Assembly (NCBI GenBank): GCA_902785275.1
Contig: CACZYB010000001.1
Coordinates: 32,001 to 96,000, forward strand
From: an uncultured Pseudomonadota bacterium
GTDB taxonomy: Bacteria; Pseudomonadota; Alphaproteobacteria; Rs-D84; CACZYB01
Direction: 5' to 3'
Length of the DNA stretch: 64,000 nt
The notes under the pieces were generated by a model. That model was not told where the DNA came from, did not search any database, and saw only the letters and a program-made list of their open reading frames with translations. Below are positions 51,909 through 59,782 of this stretch, one piece after another. The position numbers and the translations under genes were made by a program. Numbering within the stretch: position 1 is the first letter of the stretch; each line of letters opens with the position of its first letter.

Positions 51909-52736
51909 CTATTTTCCTGCTCTTGCTTTTATATAACTGTTGTTATCATAAAGATTTGTGATACAACTCTTAATCCATTGTTCATTTATTCTGTCCTTCA
52001 CGGTCGGATCATAAGCGGATAACTTATTAACTATATAAGCAAACTTTCTGTTATAATCGAAACTTGAAGAAGAAAGTAATTCTGCTAAATCAGATTCTCT
52101 ATTAGATAATTTTCTATACCATATAGCCGAATTATCTCTCGCTTTATTTGTTAAAAAATCACCATTATAACCATCTTCTGTTAATGGAATTTTCAATTCA
52201 TTATATAAGTTTCTTACATATCTTAAATCCAAATAAATCATAATTTCACCATTATAAATTTCGTCATAGAACCAATCTGCACAATCAGAAGAAACTACTG
52301 TACTTATACCAACACACTTCTTTGCCATTCTACTTATTTCACCAATAGAACTGTCCTCACAGTCAGGAATAGAATTACAATTTGCATCCTTTGGAAAATA
52401 ACCTTTCAATGCATCACAAAGCTGCATATATTCAGAATACAAAGTACTTTGATTTAATTCATTAATTACAAGTCTATATGATTGTCTTTTTTCTTCATCA
52501 TCTGGATTATAGTTTTTCATAGAACTCATTAATAAATTTTGCAATTCTGATTTTCCAAGTTGTGAACATTTTACTTTATCTTCATCCTTTACAACACCAG
52601 GACACATTTCTTGCAATGTTGACAATGAAACATTTCTTAAATCATCTAAACTTATATTTTCATTTGCAGCCTTAACATTAAAACCTAAACAACAAAAAAT
52701 AAAACTTAAACTTATAAAAATTTTATTTATTTTCAT
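51909..52736 (-). CDS. Exported Cys-containing hypothetical protein
   Basis: AGGAGGAG RBS, signal peptide ending VKA. Confidence 0.72.
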   Translation of the reverse strand: MKINKIFISLSFIFCCLGFNVKAANENISLDDLRNVSLSTLQEMCPGVVKDEDKVKCSQLGKSELQNLLMSSMKNYNPDDEEKRQSYRLVINELNQSTLYSEYMQLCDALKGYFPKDANCNSIPDCEDSSIGEISRMAKKCVGISTVVSSDCADWFYDEIYNGEIMIYLDLRYVRNLYNELKIPLTEDGYNGDFLTNKARDNSAIWYRKLSNRESDLAELLSSSSFDYNRKFAYIVNKLSAYDPTVKDRINEQWIKSCITNLYDNNSYIKARAGK

Positions 52737-52917
52737 AATTTATCTCTCCTCCTTCTACATCAAATTAAATCAAAAGGAATAACTATTCCAACTTAACTTT
52801 TCTAAATATATCATAATTCGCAAACAAAAGCAATAAATTCTCAAAACACAAATAAAAAAACACACTATCAAATCATTCAATAGTGTAAAATTTCAAGAAC
52901 AAACTCATACATAAAAT

Positions 52918-54525
52918 TTATTTTTCACAATCAAAAATTACATCCAAATTTTGATTGTAAAGTTTTGTATCTGTTTTTGTAAGTCCCAACATTGTATGGA
53001 ACAAATTATCATGAGAAATATTTTTCCATACCTTATTTTTCAAACAATTTAAACTAACTCCTGTATTTTTCAACATACTATCAGAAAACCACATGATAAA
53101 CGGAACTGTTTTTTGCTCTTTCGGAGCAATTCTATAAGGCAAACCATGCAAATAAATTCCACCTTCACCCAAACTTTCACCATGATCAGAAACATACAAA
53201 AGACTTGTTTCATAATTTTTATATTGCTTCAATTTTTCAATTACTTTTGATACAAAATAATCTGTATACAAAATAGTATTATCGTAAGTATTTACCAATT
53301 CTTCCTCAGAACAATTTTGTATATTAATAGTATCACAAGCAGGTTTGAATTTTTCAAATTCCTTTGAATACCTTTTATAATACGATGGTCCGTGTGATCC
53401 CATAGTATGCAAAACAATCATTGTATTTTTATCTGCATTCTTAAGATTATTTTCCAAATAAGATATCAACGCATTATCACGACAAAAATCGCCAAAGCAA
53501 TCTTCGCTATTTCCTATGCTAACAATATTATAGCTTTCCACCCTATTACATACTTTTTTACAACCATCATCATTTTCATACCAAACAACATTCCATCCAG
53601 CCTTTTTCACTATATCCAAAAGATTTTCTTCATACCCAGAATAAGCTATATCAAAATCACTTCTTTTCTTTGCTGAAAACATACATGGCACAGACAAAGC
53701 TGTAGCCGTACCACATGATGTTACATCAGGAACCGCAACAATATTTGCTTCATTTTTCATCAATGGATTTGTTTCTTTTTTATATCCATATAATGAAAAG
53801 TTTTGAGCCCTTGCTGTCTCCCCAACAACCAAAACAACTATATGAACATTTTTATCTTTTATTTTAGATTTCACATTATCATCAAGTATAATAAACTTCT
53901 TTGGCGTCTTCAAAGATTTATTTATATATTTCAAAGTATTCACAACATAATTTAATGTATTATACTGGGCTTTTATTTCACTGTTATTTCTTCCAAATGG
54001 AACCAAAAATTTTCCAAACAAAAGTAAATAAATAATGATTAAAAATATCGATATTCCAGACATACACAATCTTTTTATTACCTCTTGCTTAAATGAATAA
54101 AAAGTTATTTTCAACTTAGCTACAAATATCGATGGAACTATACCAAAAATCATTACATTAATGATAAGAGGTAATGAAATCAAATCTAATGCCTCTCTCG
54201 TATTTGTCTCAAAAACATTTCTTATCATACTATAATCTATATAAACACCCATCTTAAGCATCATATAGTTAGTAGCACTTGATAAAATCAAAATAAAATA
54301 GCTAAGTGGTTTTATAACAGACTTCAGTAAAATTAAATTTAAAAAAAGATATATTGGCAAAGGTACTATAAATATTAAAAAAGCCACGCATAAAAATTGC
54401 ATTACTCCTGAAATTTGGAAATTCAAAAACAATGTTTTAAAAAAAGATATATTCAAAACAAAACTTAAATATAATGATAAAAAGAATATATATTTATTAC
54501 TTGAAATTTTTAAATTCTTAAACAT
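52918..54525 (-). CDS. eptA: Lipid A phosphoethanolamine transferase (EptA/MCR family)
   Basis: Five N-terminal TMs, FETNTREA, VGETARA, SCGTATALSVPCMFS (catalytic Thr), HTMGSHGP, YDNTILYTD, SDHGESLGE. Confidence 0.93.
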   Translation of the reverse strand: MFKNLKISSNKYIFFLSLYLSFVLNISFFKTLFLNFQISGVMQFLCVAFLIFIVPLPIYLFLNLILLKSVIKPLSYFILILSSATNYMMLKMGVYIDYSMIRNVFETNTREALDLISLPLIINVMIFGIVPSIFVAKLKITFYSFKQEVIKRLCMSGISIFLIIIYLLLFGKFLVPFGRNNSEIKAQYNTLNYVVNTLKYINKSLKTPKKFIILDDNVKSKIKDKNVHIVVLVVGETARAQNFSLYGYKKETNPLMKNEANIVAVPDVTSCGTATALSVPCMFSAKKRSDFDIAYSGYEENLLDIVKKAGWNVVWYENDDGCKKVCNRVESYNIVSIGNSEDCFGDFCRDNALISYLENNLKNADKNTMIVLHTMGSHGPSYYKRYSKEFEKFKPACDTINIQNCSEEELVNTYDNTILYTDYFVSKVIEKLKQYKNYETSLLYVSDHGESLGEGGIYLHGLPYRIAPKEQKTVPFIMWFSDSMLKNTGVSLNCLKNKVWKNISHDNLFHTMLGLTKTDTKLYNQNLDVIFDCEK

Positions 54526-54543
54526 TTTAACCTAATTTCACTG

Positions 54544-54569
54544 TATCAAAAACCAACGTCTATTTGATA
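54544..54569. repeat. Left invertase recombination site (IRL)
   Basis: TATCAAAAACC-AA-CGTCTATTTGATA, a pseudo-palindrome. Its core ACCAACGTCTA (54552-54562) is the exact reverse complement of 54660-54670. Confidence 0.85.
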
Positions 54570-54614
54570 GGGTTTTATGTAGATATTGAATATGCTTAAT
54601 TTTCTAAATTTTGA

Positions 54615-54643
54615 TTGACTTTGAGAGTAAATTTTCCTAAGAT
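54615..54643 (+). promoter_or_regulatory. Sigma70 promoter within the invertible segment
   Basis: TTGACT (54615-54620), 17-bp spacer, TAAGAT (54638-54643). Confidence 0.8.
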
Positions 54644-54650
54644 TAAGAAG

Positions 54651-54680
54651 TATTAAATCTAGACGTTGGTCTATTTGATA
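54651..54680. repeat. Right invertase recombination site (IRR)
   Basis: TATTAAATCTAGACG-TT-GGTCTATTTGATA, inverted relative to IRL. Confidence 0.85.
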
Positions 54681-54761
54681 TATCTAATTTTAATAGCAAA
54701 CATTAGGTAAAATCTGATAGTTCTTATGATTGTAAAAACAACAAATTATAGGAGCTAAAAA

Positions 54762-55361
54762 ATGATTTATGGATATACCAGAGTTTCAACAGAATTACAA
54801 AACACAGAAAACCAAAAACACGAAATTCAAACCTTCGCCAAAGCTCAAAAAATCAGTATTGACCGATGGGTGGATGAGGTAATTTCTTCACGAAAATCAT
54901 TAAAAGAAAGACGTCTTGGAAAACTTTTAAAACACCTTAAAAAAGGAGACATTTTAATTGCATCAGAATTATCAAGATTAGGAAGAAATTTGCTTGAAGT
55001 TATGGGGATTTTGCAAAGTTGCCTTGAGAAAGACTGTCAGATTTGGACATTAAAAGAAAACTATAAACTTGGAGCAGATATTCAATCAAAAGTTCTAGCT
55101 TTTGCCTTTTCCTTAGCAGCAGAAATTGAGAGACAGCTTATCTCACAACGTACAAAAGAGTCATTAAAACGACTTAAAGATGAAGGTAAACACCTTGGCC
55201 GACCACACGGATTTAACTACAATAAACTTGATGCAAAGAAAGAAAAAATCAAAGAACTTCTTAATAAACAAGTTTCCAAAGCCGAAATCGCCCGTCTTAT
55301 CGGCTGTTCCTGGCTTACCCTACACAGATACGTAAAGGAAAAAATACTCCCTACAAAATAG
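54762..55361 (+). CDS. Serine recombinase, Mpi-like DNA invertase
   Basis: YGYTRVST (catalytic Ser), ELSRLGRNL, DIQSKVLAFAF, AEIERQLISQRTKE, LGRP, C-terminal HTH. Confidence 0.9.
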   Translation: MIYGYTRVSTELQNTENQKHEIQTFAKAQKISIDRWVDEVISSRKSLKERRLGKLLKHLKKGDILIASELSRLGRNLLEVMGILQSCLEKDCQIWTLKENYKLGADIQSKVLAFAFSLAAEIERQLISQRTKESLKRLKDEGKHLGRPHGFNYNKLDAKKEKIKELLNKQVSKAEIARLIGCSWLTLHRYVKEKILPTK

Positions 55362-55389
55362 TAAGGAGTTTTTTAAATTAAAATGATTT

Positions 55390-56709
55390 CTATGGTAATA
55401 ATGGAGACCAAGCAGGATCCGAAGCATCAGTCGGAAGCTTCATTGTACTGTGGTTATATCCAGTAATATCCACGCTTTGTATAGTCAACCTATCCTGTCC
55501 ATCCTTTGTTGGCTTTTGTTCATAAAAAATAATTCTTCGACCATTTGGTGACCAAGTAGGAGATTCCACCATATATCCATCAGCGATATTTCTTTCTCCT
55601 GTACCATCTTCGAACATCAAACCAATATAGAATTTGTTATTTTTAATTTTAACAAAGGCAAGGTAATCCCCCCTTGGCGACCAATTAACATCACCATATT
55701 GGCCTTCACCAAAAGAGATACGTTCAACATTGCTTCCATCACGATCCATTGTATAAATCTGTGGCTTACCACTTCTGTCTGACACAAATGCAATACGTTT
55801 ACCATCAGGTGAATAAGTAGGAGCAGTCTCAATAGCAGGATGAGAAGTCAATCTTTTAAGCTTCTTATTCTTCAAATTCATCTCATAAATATCAGAATTT
55901 CCATCCTCTGCAATACTCATCAAAACATACTTATCATCTGGAGAAAACCTTGGAGCAAAAGACATTCCCGGAAAATTTCCAAGCAACTCTTGCTCGCCTG
56001 TTTCTATATCAAAAATATAAACCCTTGGAATTTGCTTAAAATAAGTAACATAGGCAATTTTTTGAGAGTTATTGGAAAATACAGGTGTTGTAACAGGAAT
56101 TTTACCATCTGTTAAATATTTAAGATTCGCACCATCCTGGTCAACAACAGTCAATCTTTTAACTCTATCAAGCTTTGATCCTGTTTCTGACACATAAACA
56201 ATTCTTGTATCAAAATAACCTTTATCCCCTGTCATTCTTTTATATACATAATCAGCAATTATATGAGAAATTCTGCGCCAATTAGTTGGTTCAGTAATAA
56301 GTGCTTGACCTTCAATTCTTTGTTGTGCAGGAACATCCCAAAGATGGAATTCAACCCTAAGTTTACCATCATCTTTCTTTGTAATCTTACCATAAAGAAG
56401 AGCCTGAACATTAATAACAGACCAGTTTTCAAACTTTGGTAAATCCTTAACATTCTGCTTTTTATCTATAAAAGCCTTATGATCAATAGGTCTGAAAAGT
56501 CCAGAACTTTTCAAATCACGTGTAACAACATCGGAAATTTTCTTTCCCAAATTCTTATTATCCTTACTATCCCCATCAAAATCCATAATAGCAATAGAAA
56601 CAGGTTCAATATTACCACTATCAATATCGACATAAATCTCAGCCAAAGCCGAAATTGTTCCTAGTAATATAAAAGCAAGCAAAAACAATATCTTTTTAAA
56701 ATTTTTCAT
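55390..56709 (-). CDS. tolB: Tol-Pal system beta-propeller protein TolB
   Basis: TolB_N domain, GYFDTRIVYV, PD40 repeats, DPAWSP. Confidence 0.95.
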   Translation of the reverse strand: MKNFKKILFLLAFILLGTISALAEIYVDIDSGNIEPVSIAIMDFDGDSKDNKNLGKKISDVVTRDLKSSGLFRPIDHKAFIDKKQNVKDLPKFENWSVINVQALLYGKITKKDDGKLRVEFHLWDVPAQQRIEGQALITEPTNWRRISHIIADYVYKRMTGDKGYFDTRIVYVSETGSKLDRVKRLTVVDQDGANLKYLTDGKIPVTTPVFSNNSQKIAYVTYFKQIPRVYIFDIETGEQELLGNFPGMSFAPRFSPDDKYVLMSIAEDGNSDIYEMNLKNKKLKRLTSHPAIETAPTYSPDGKRIAFVSDRSGKPQIYTMDRDGSNVERISFGEGQYGDVNWSPRGDYLAFVKIKNNKFYIGLMFEDGTGERNIADGYMVESPTWSPNGRRIIFYEQKPTKDGQDRLTIQSVDITGYNHSTMKLPTDASDPAWSPLLP

Positions 56710-56802
56710 ATCAAAATCTCCTTACCAATATAATTTACTTGAAAATTTTTCTTTTGCAATAGATACTTTTAAACGAGAGGAGAAAAATTAGTATAATAAT
56801 TA

Positions 56803-56832
56803 TTGACAAATTTATACTTTATTGTCTATAAT
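56803..56832 (+). promoter_or_regulatory. Consensus sigma70 promoter
   Basis: TTGACA-18 bp-TATAAT just upstream of ATG 56842. Confidence 0.65.
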
Positions 56833-56841
56833 ATAATTATT

Positions 56842-57141
56842 ATGACTAATAGAACAAATAAAATGTATAATAAAAGAAAGCTCTTCAGTCAAGAGATTCA
56901 AAGGGTTTTATCACAAAATACCCCAGGTATTTCTGTTGAAGATTTCGATTCTGTAAAAAAGAAAAACTACTCGAATCTTGGTATGGATTACTGGGAATGG
57001 GTTGATTTTCTTGCAAATTTAGAAACAACTTTCTCAAAAGATATAACGGAAACATCCGAAAAATTTAAAATTGAAACCATTGATGATGTAATCGAAGCCC
57101 TTTACTTTGCACCAGATATCAAGAACTTATACAATAACTAA
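56842..57141 (+). CDS. ACP-like protein lacking the pantetheinylation Ser
   Basis: LGMDYWEWVDFLANLETTF...TIDDVIEAL aligns with the neighbouring AcpP. Start is 56842 or 56863. Confidence 0.65.
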   Translation: MTNRTNKMYNKRKLFSQEIQRVLSQNTPGISVEDFDSVKKKNYSNLGMDYWEWVDFLANLETTFSKDITETSEKFKIETIDDVIEALYFAPDIKNLYNN

Positions 57142-57256
57142 ACATTATAAAACAGGCTATCTTGCATTAGGACTTGACATTTCATAGTAAAAATAGTAAA
57201 TTACTTTCATTCGGTTTAAAACTGAAAATAAGTTTAACAAACAAAAAGGTGAAAAA

Positions 57257-57496
57257 ATGGCTGAACAAAATGTTCTTGAAAAAGTAAAAAAAATCGTTGT
57301 TGAAAATCTTGGTGTAGAAGCAGACAAGGTTACTGAAAAATCAAGTTTTATTGATGATCTCGGTGCTGATTCTCTTGATACAGTTGAATTAGTTATGGCT
57401 TTTGAAGAAGAATTCGGTTGCGAAATTCCTGATGAAGAAGCTGAAAAAATCTTGACTGTAGAAGATGCTGTAAAATACATCGAAGCACACATCTAA
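57257..57496 (+). CDS. acpP: Acyl carrier protein
   Basis: [20 protein letters not shown]. Confidence 0.97.
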   Translation: MAEQNVLEKVKKIVVENLGVEADKVTEKSSFIDDLGADSLDTVELVMAFEEEFGCEIPDEEAEKILTVEDAVKYIEAHI

Positions 57497-57517
57497 TACA
57501 TGTTTCAGTTTTAAAAG

Positions 57518-57543
57518 AACCTCCCAAACGGGAGGTTTTTTTT
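57518..57543 (+). terminator. acpP terminator
   Basis: AACCTCCC-AAAC-GGGAGGTT followed by a T tract. Confidence 0.8.
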
Positions 57544-57590
57544 ATTTCCATCGAAATTTCTATTAAAAACTCTAACTTCTCAAATAAATA

Positions 57591-58055
57591 TTAAATTGCA
57601 TCAAGAACACGTTGCAAAATTTCAGCTGCAGCAACCTTATCCAAAATAGCCTTACGTTTTTTTCTACTTAAATCAAAATCACGGATAAGCATTTTTTCAG
57701 CCATAACCGAAGTCATACGTTCATCAACAAAGGTAATCTCCACCTCTGGAATAAACTCTGAAAGTTTTTCCGCAAACATCCTAACCTTACTGGCAGTTTC
57801 ACCTTCCTCCCCATTCATTTGAAGAGGCAACCCCAAAACAATAACCGCCACATCCATCTCATCAACAATTTTCTTTATTTCAGGGAATAAATCTTTATAA
57901 CTTTTATTTTTAAGCATAGCATAAGGCGACGCAATCTGACGCCCCACATCAGAAACGGCCACACCTATATTTACCTCGCCATAATCTATTCCCAAAAAAC
58001 GTTTATCTGTTGAAAAATATTTTTGCTTAAGGGTATTGAAAATATTATTTTGCAA
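57591..58055 (-). CDS. yqgF: RuvX/YqgF pre-16S rRNA nuclease
   Basis: LGIDYG..IGVAVSD, GLP, DERMTS, DKVAA. Confidence 0.92.
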   Translation of the reverse strand: MQNNIFNTLKQKYFSTDKRFLGIDYGEVNIGVAVSDVGRQIASPYAMLKNKSYKDLFPEIKKIVDEMDVAVIVLGLPLQMNGEEGETASKVRMFAEKLSEFIPEVEITFVDERMTSVMAEKMLIRDFDLSRKKRKAILDKVAAAEILQRVLDAI

Positions 58056-58134
58056 TGTTATACTCCATATTATGAATTATCTAAAAATATAGTTCAGAAA
58101 ATAAGGAAAGTCAATTAACAAAAGGAGTGTTAAA

Positions 58135-58443
58135 ATGGTTGCAAAAAAAACATCTAAAAAAACAACTGTTAAAGCAACAACAAAAGCTGTAAAAGCTACT
58201 GCAAAAGCAACAAAAGTTACAAAACCTGCTAAAAAAGTAGAAGCTGTAAAAGCTGTTAAAGTTGAAAACACATGTGCATGTGGTGCAGAATGCAAATGCG
58301 GTTGCCAAAAACATTGTGCTGTAAAACAAGTTATAGTTTTGGCTATGATTGTTGCAGCAACAGTTATCGCAACACTTGTTGTAACTTGCCCAAAAGCAAG
58401 AATGCATAAACATTGCCCATGCATGCAACAAATGGCAAAATAA
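58135..58443 (+). CDS. Small K/A/T-rich protein with a Cys cluster and one TM helix
   Basis: AAGGAG RBS; H1-like N-terminus, CACGAECKCGC, hydrophobic helix; terminator follows. Confidence 0.7.
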   Translation: MVAKKTSKKTTVKATTKAVKATAKATKVTKPAKKVEAVKAVKVENTCACGAECKCGCQKHCAVKQVIVLAMIVAATVIATLVVTCPKARMHKHCPCMQQMAK

Positions 58444-58563
58444 TTAACAAAAAAGATTTAAAAAAAAGGGCATTGAAAAATGTCCTTTTTTATTTTAATC
58501 AATACTTGACTATATCAATAAAATAATGCTAATATCTACCTATATAAAAAAAGAGGATTTATT

Positions 58564-58857
58564 ATGTATTTTACAAAAGAAAAAATTAAAAAAAATGCAA
58601 AACTTGTTCGTATTGGTATGCCTGACGAACTTGCAGAAAAAATGATACCTGAACTTGAAAATGTAATCGAATGGATTGAAGGTCTTGATGATGTAAACGT
58701 TGATGGTGTTGAACCACTTATTTCCGTAAACGAACATTCTCTTCCAAAACGTACTGATACAATAAAAATGGAAAATACACGTGACGAAGTATTAACAAAT
58801 GCACCATCCCCTGATGAAGATGGCGAATTTTTCACTGTTCCAAAAATCATAGAGTAA
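58564..58857 (+). CDS. gatC: Asp/Glu-tRNA amidotransferase subunit C
   Basis: AKLVRI, VDGVEPL, NAP, FFTVPKIIE. Confidence 0.9.
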   Translation: MYFTKEKIKKNAKLVRIGMPDELAEKMIPELENVIEWIEGLDDVNVDGVEPLISVNEHSLPKRTDTIKMENTRDEVLTNAPSPDEDGEFFTVPKIIE

Positions 58858-58867
58858 AGGATTTAAA

Positions 58868-59761
58868 ATGTTTAAATTAATAAAATTATTTCCATCTGAA
58901 ATTCATTTCAATGCAATGAAATATTCAAAGCTATTCATCTCCATCGCTGGTGTATTTTTAACACTTTCAATATTTACTTTGGCAACAAAACCGCTTAACT
59001 ATGGTATTGATTTCTCCGGTGGTGTTTTGATGGAAATAAAAACTCCAACTACTGCAAATATTGAACAGATTCGTAAGGATTTAAAGGTATTTTCTCCTGA
59101 AATCCAATCCCAAGGTGATACCGGCGATATAGTTTCGATTCGTTTACCACAAGGAAACAAAAACGAAAATGAAATCTCTACTATGTTAAACAAGGTAAAA
59201 TCAATCCTTGGAGATAAAGTTGAATATAGAAATACCCAAATTGTTGGACCAAAGGTTGGTGCTGATTTGATAAGAAGTGGTACTTTAGCTGTTATTTTAT
59301 CACTTATCATCATTTCCATTTACATTTGGGCACGATTCGAACTTCCATTCGCAATTGGTGCTGGATTATCTCTTATCCACGATATCATTTTGGCGATGGG
59401 TATGCTTGCATTAACAGGAATTGAATTTAACTTAACAACTCTTGCATCACTTTTAACATTGGCTGGATACTCAATAAACGATACCGTTGTTATTTACGAC
59501 CACGTAAGAACAAATCTTAAGGCCTATAAAAACAAATCATTAAAAGAAGTAATCAATATTTCCATTGATACAACATTTTCAAGAACAGTTCTTACAAGTA
59601 TAACTACTGCATTTGCTGTACTTGCAATATTCATCTTTGGTGGTGAAGTTTTACATGGTTTTTCTGCGGTTATGTTGTTTGGTATTTTTGTTGGAACTTA
59701 CTCCTCAATGTTACTTTCAACATCAACACTTTTACTTTTTGAAAAAAAATTTAAAAGATAA
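58868..59761 (+). CDS. secF: Protein translocase subunit SecF
   Basis: GIDFSGG, VGPKVG, GYSINDTVV, GTYSS. Confidence 0.94.
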   Translation: MFKLIKLFPSEIHFNAMKYSKLFISIAGVFLTLSIFTLATKPLNYGIDFSGGVLMEIKTPTTANIEQIRKDLKVFSPEIQSQGDTGDIVSIRLPQGNKNENEISTMLNKVKSILGDKVEYRNTQIVGPKVGADLIRSGTLAVILSLIIISIYIWARFELPFAIGAGLSLIHDIILAMGMLALTGIEFNLTTLASLLTLAGYSINDTVVIYDHVRTNLKAYKNKSLKEVINISIDTTFSRTVLTSITTAFAVLAIFIFGGEVLHGFSAVMLFGIFVGTYSSMLLSTSTLLLFEKKFKR

Positions 59762-59782
59762 ATTAAGCTAAGGGAGGGAAAG

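Noticed and set aside
54762-55361. Recombinase as a Tn3-type transposon resolvase
   Set aside because: No transposase, terminal repeats or three-subsite res region is visible; the paired inverted sites fit an invertase.
56821-56850. dif-like sequence ATTGTCTATAA-TATAATTA-TTATGACTAAT
   Set aside because: The 8-bp centre and weak arms are poor matches, and the sequence is adequately explained by a -10 box and a start codon.
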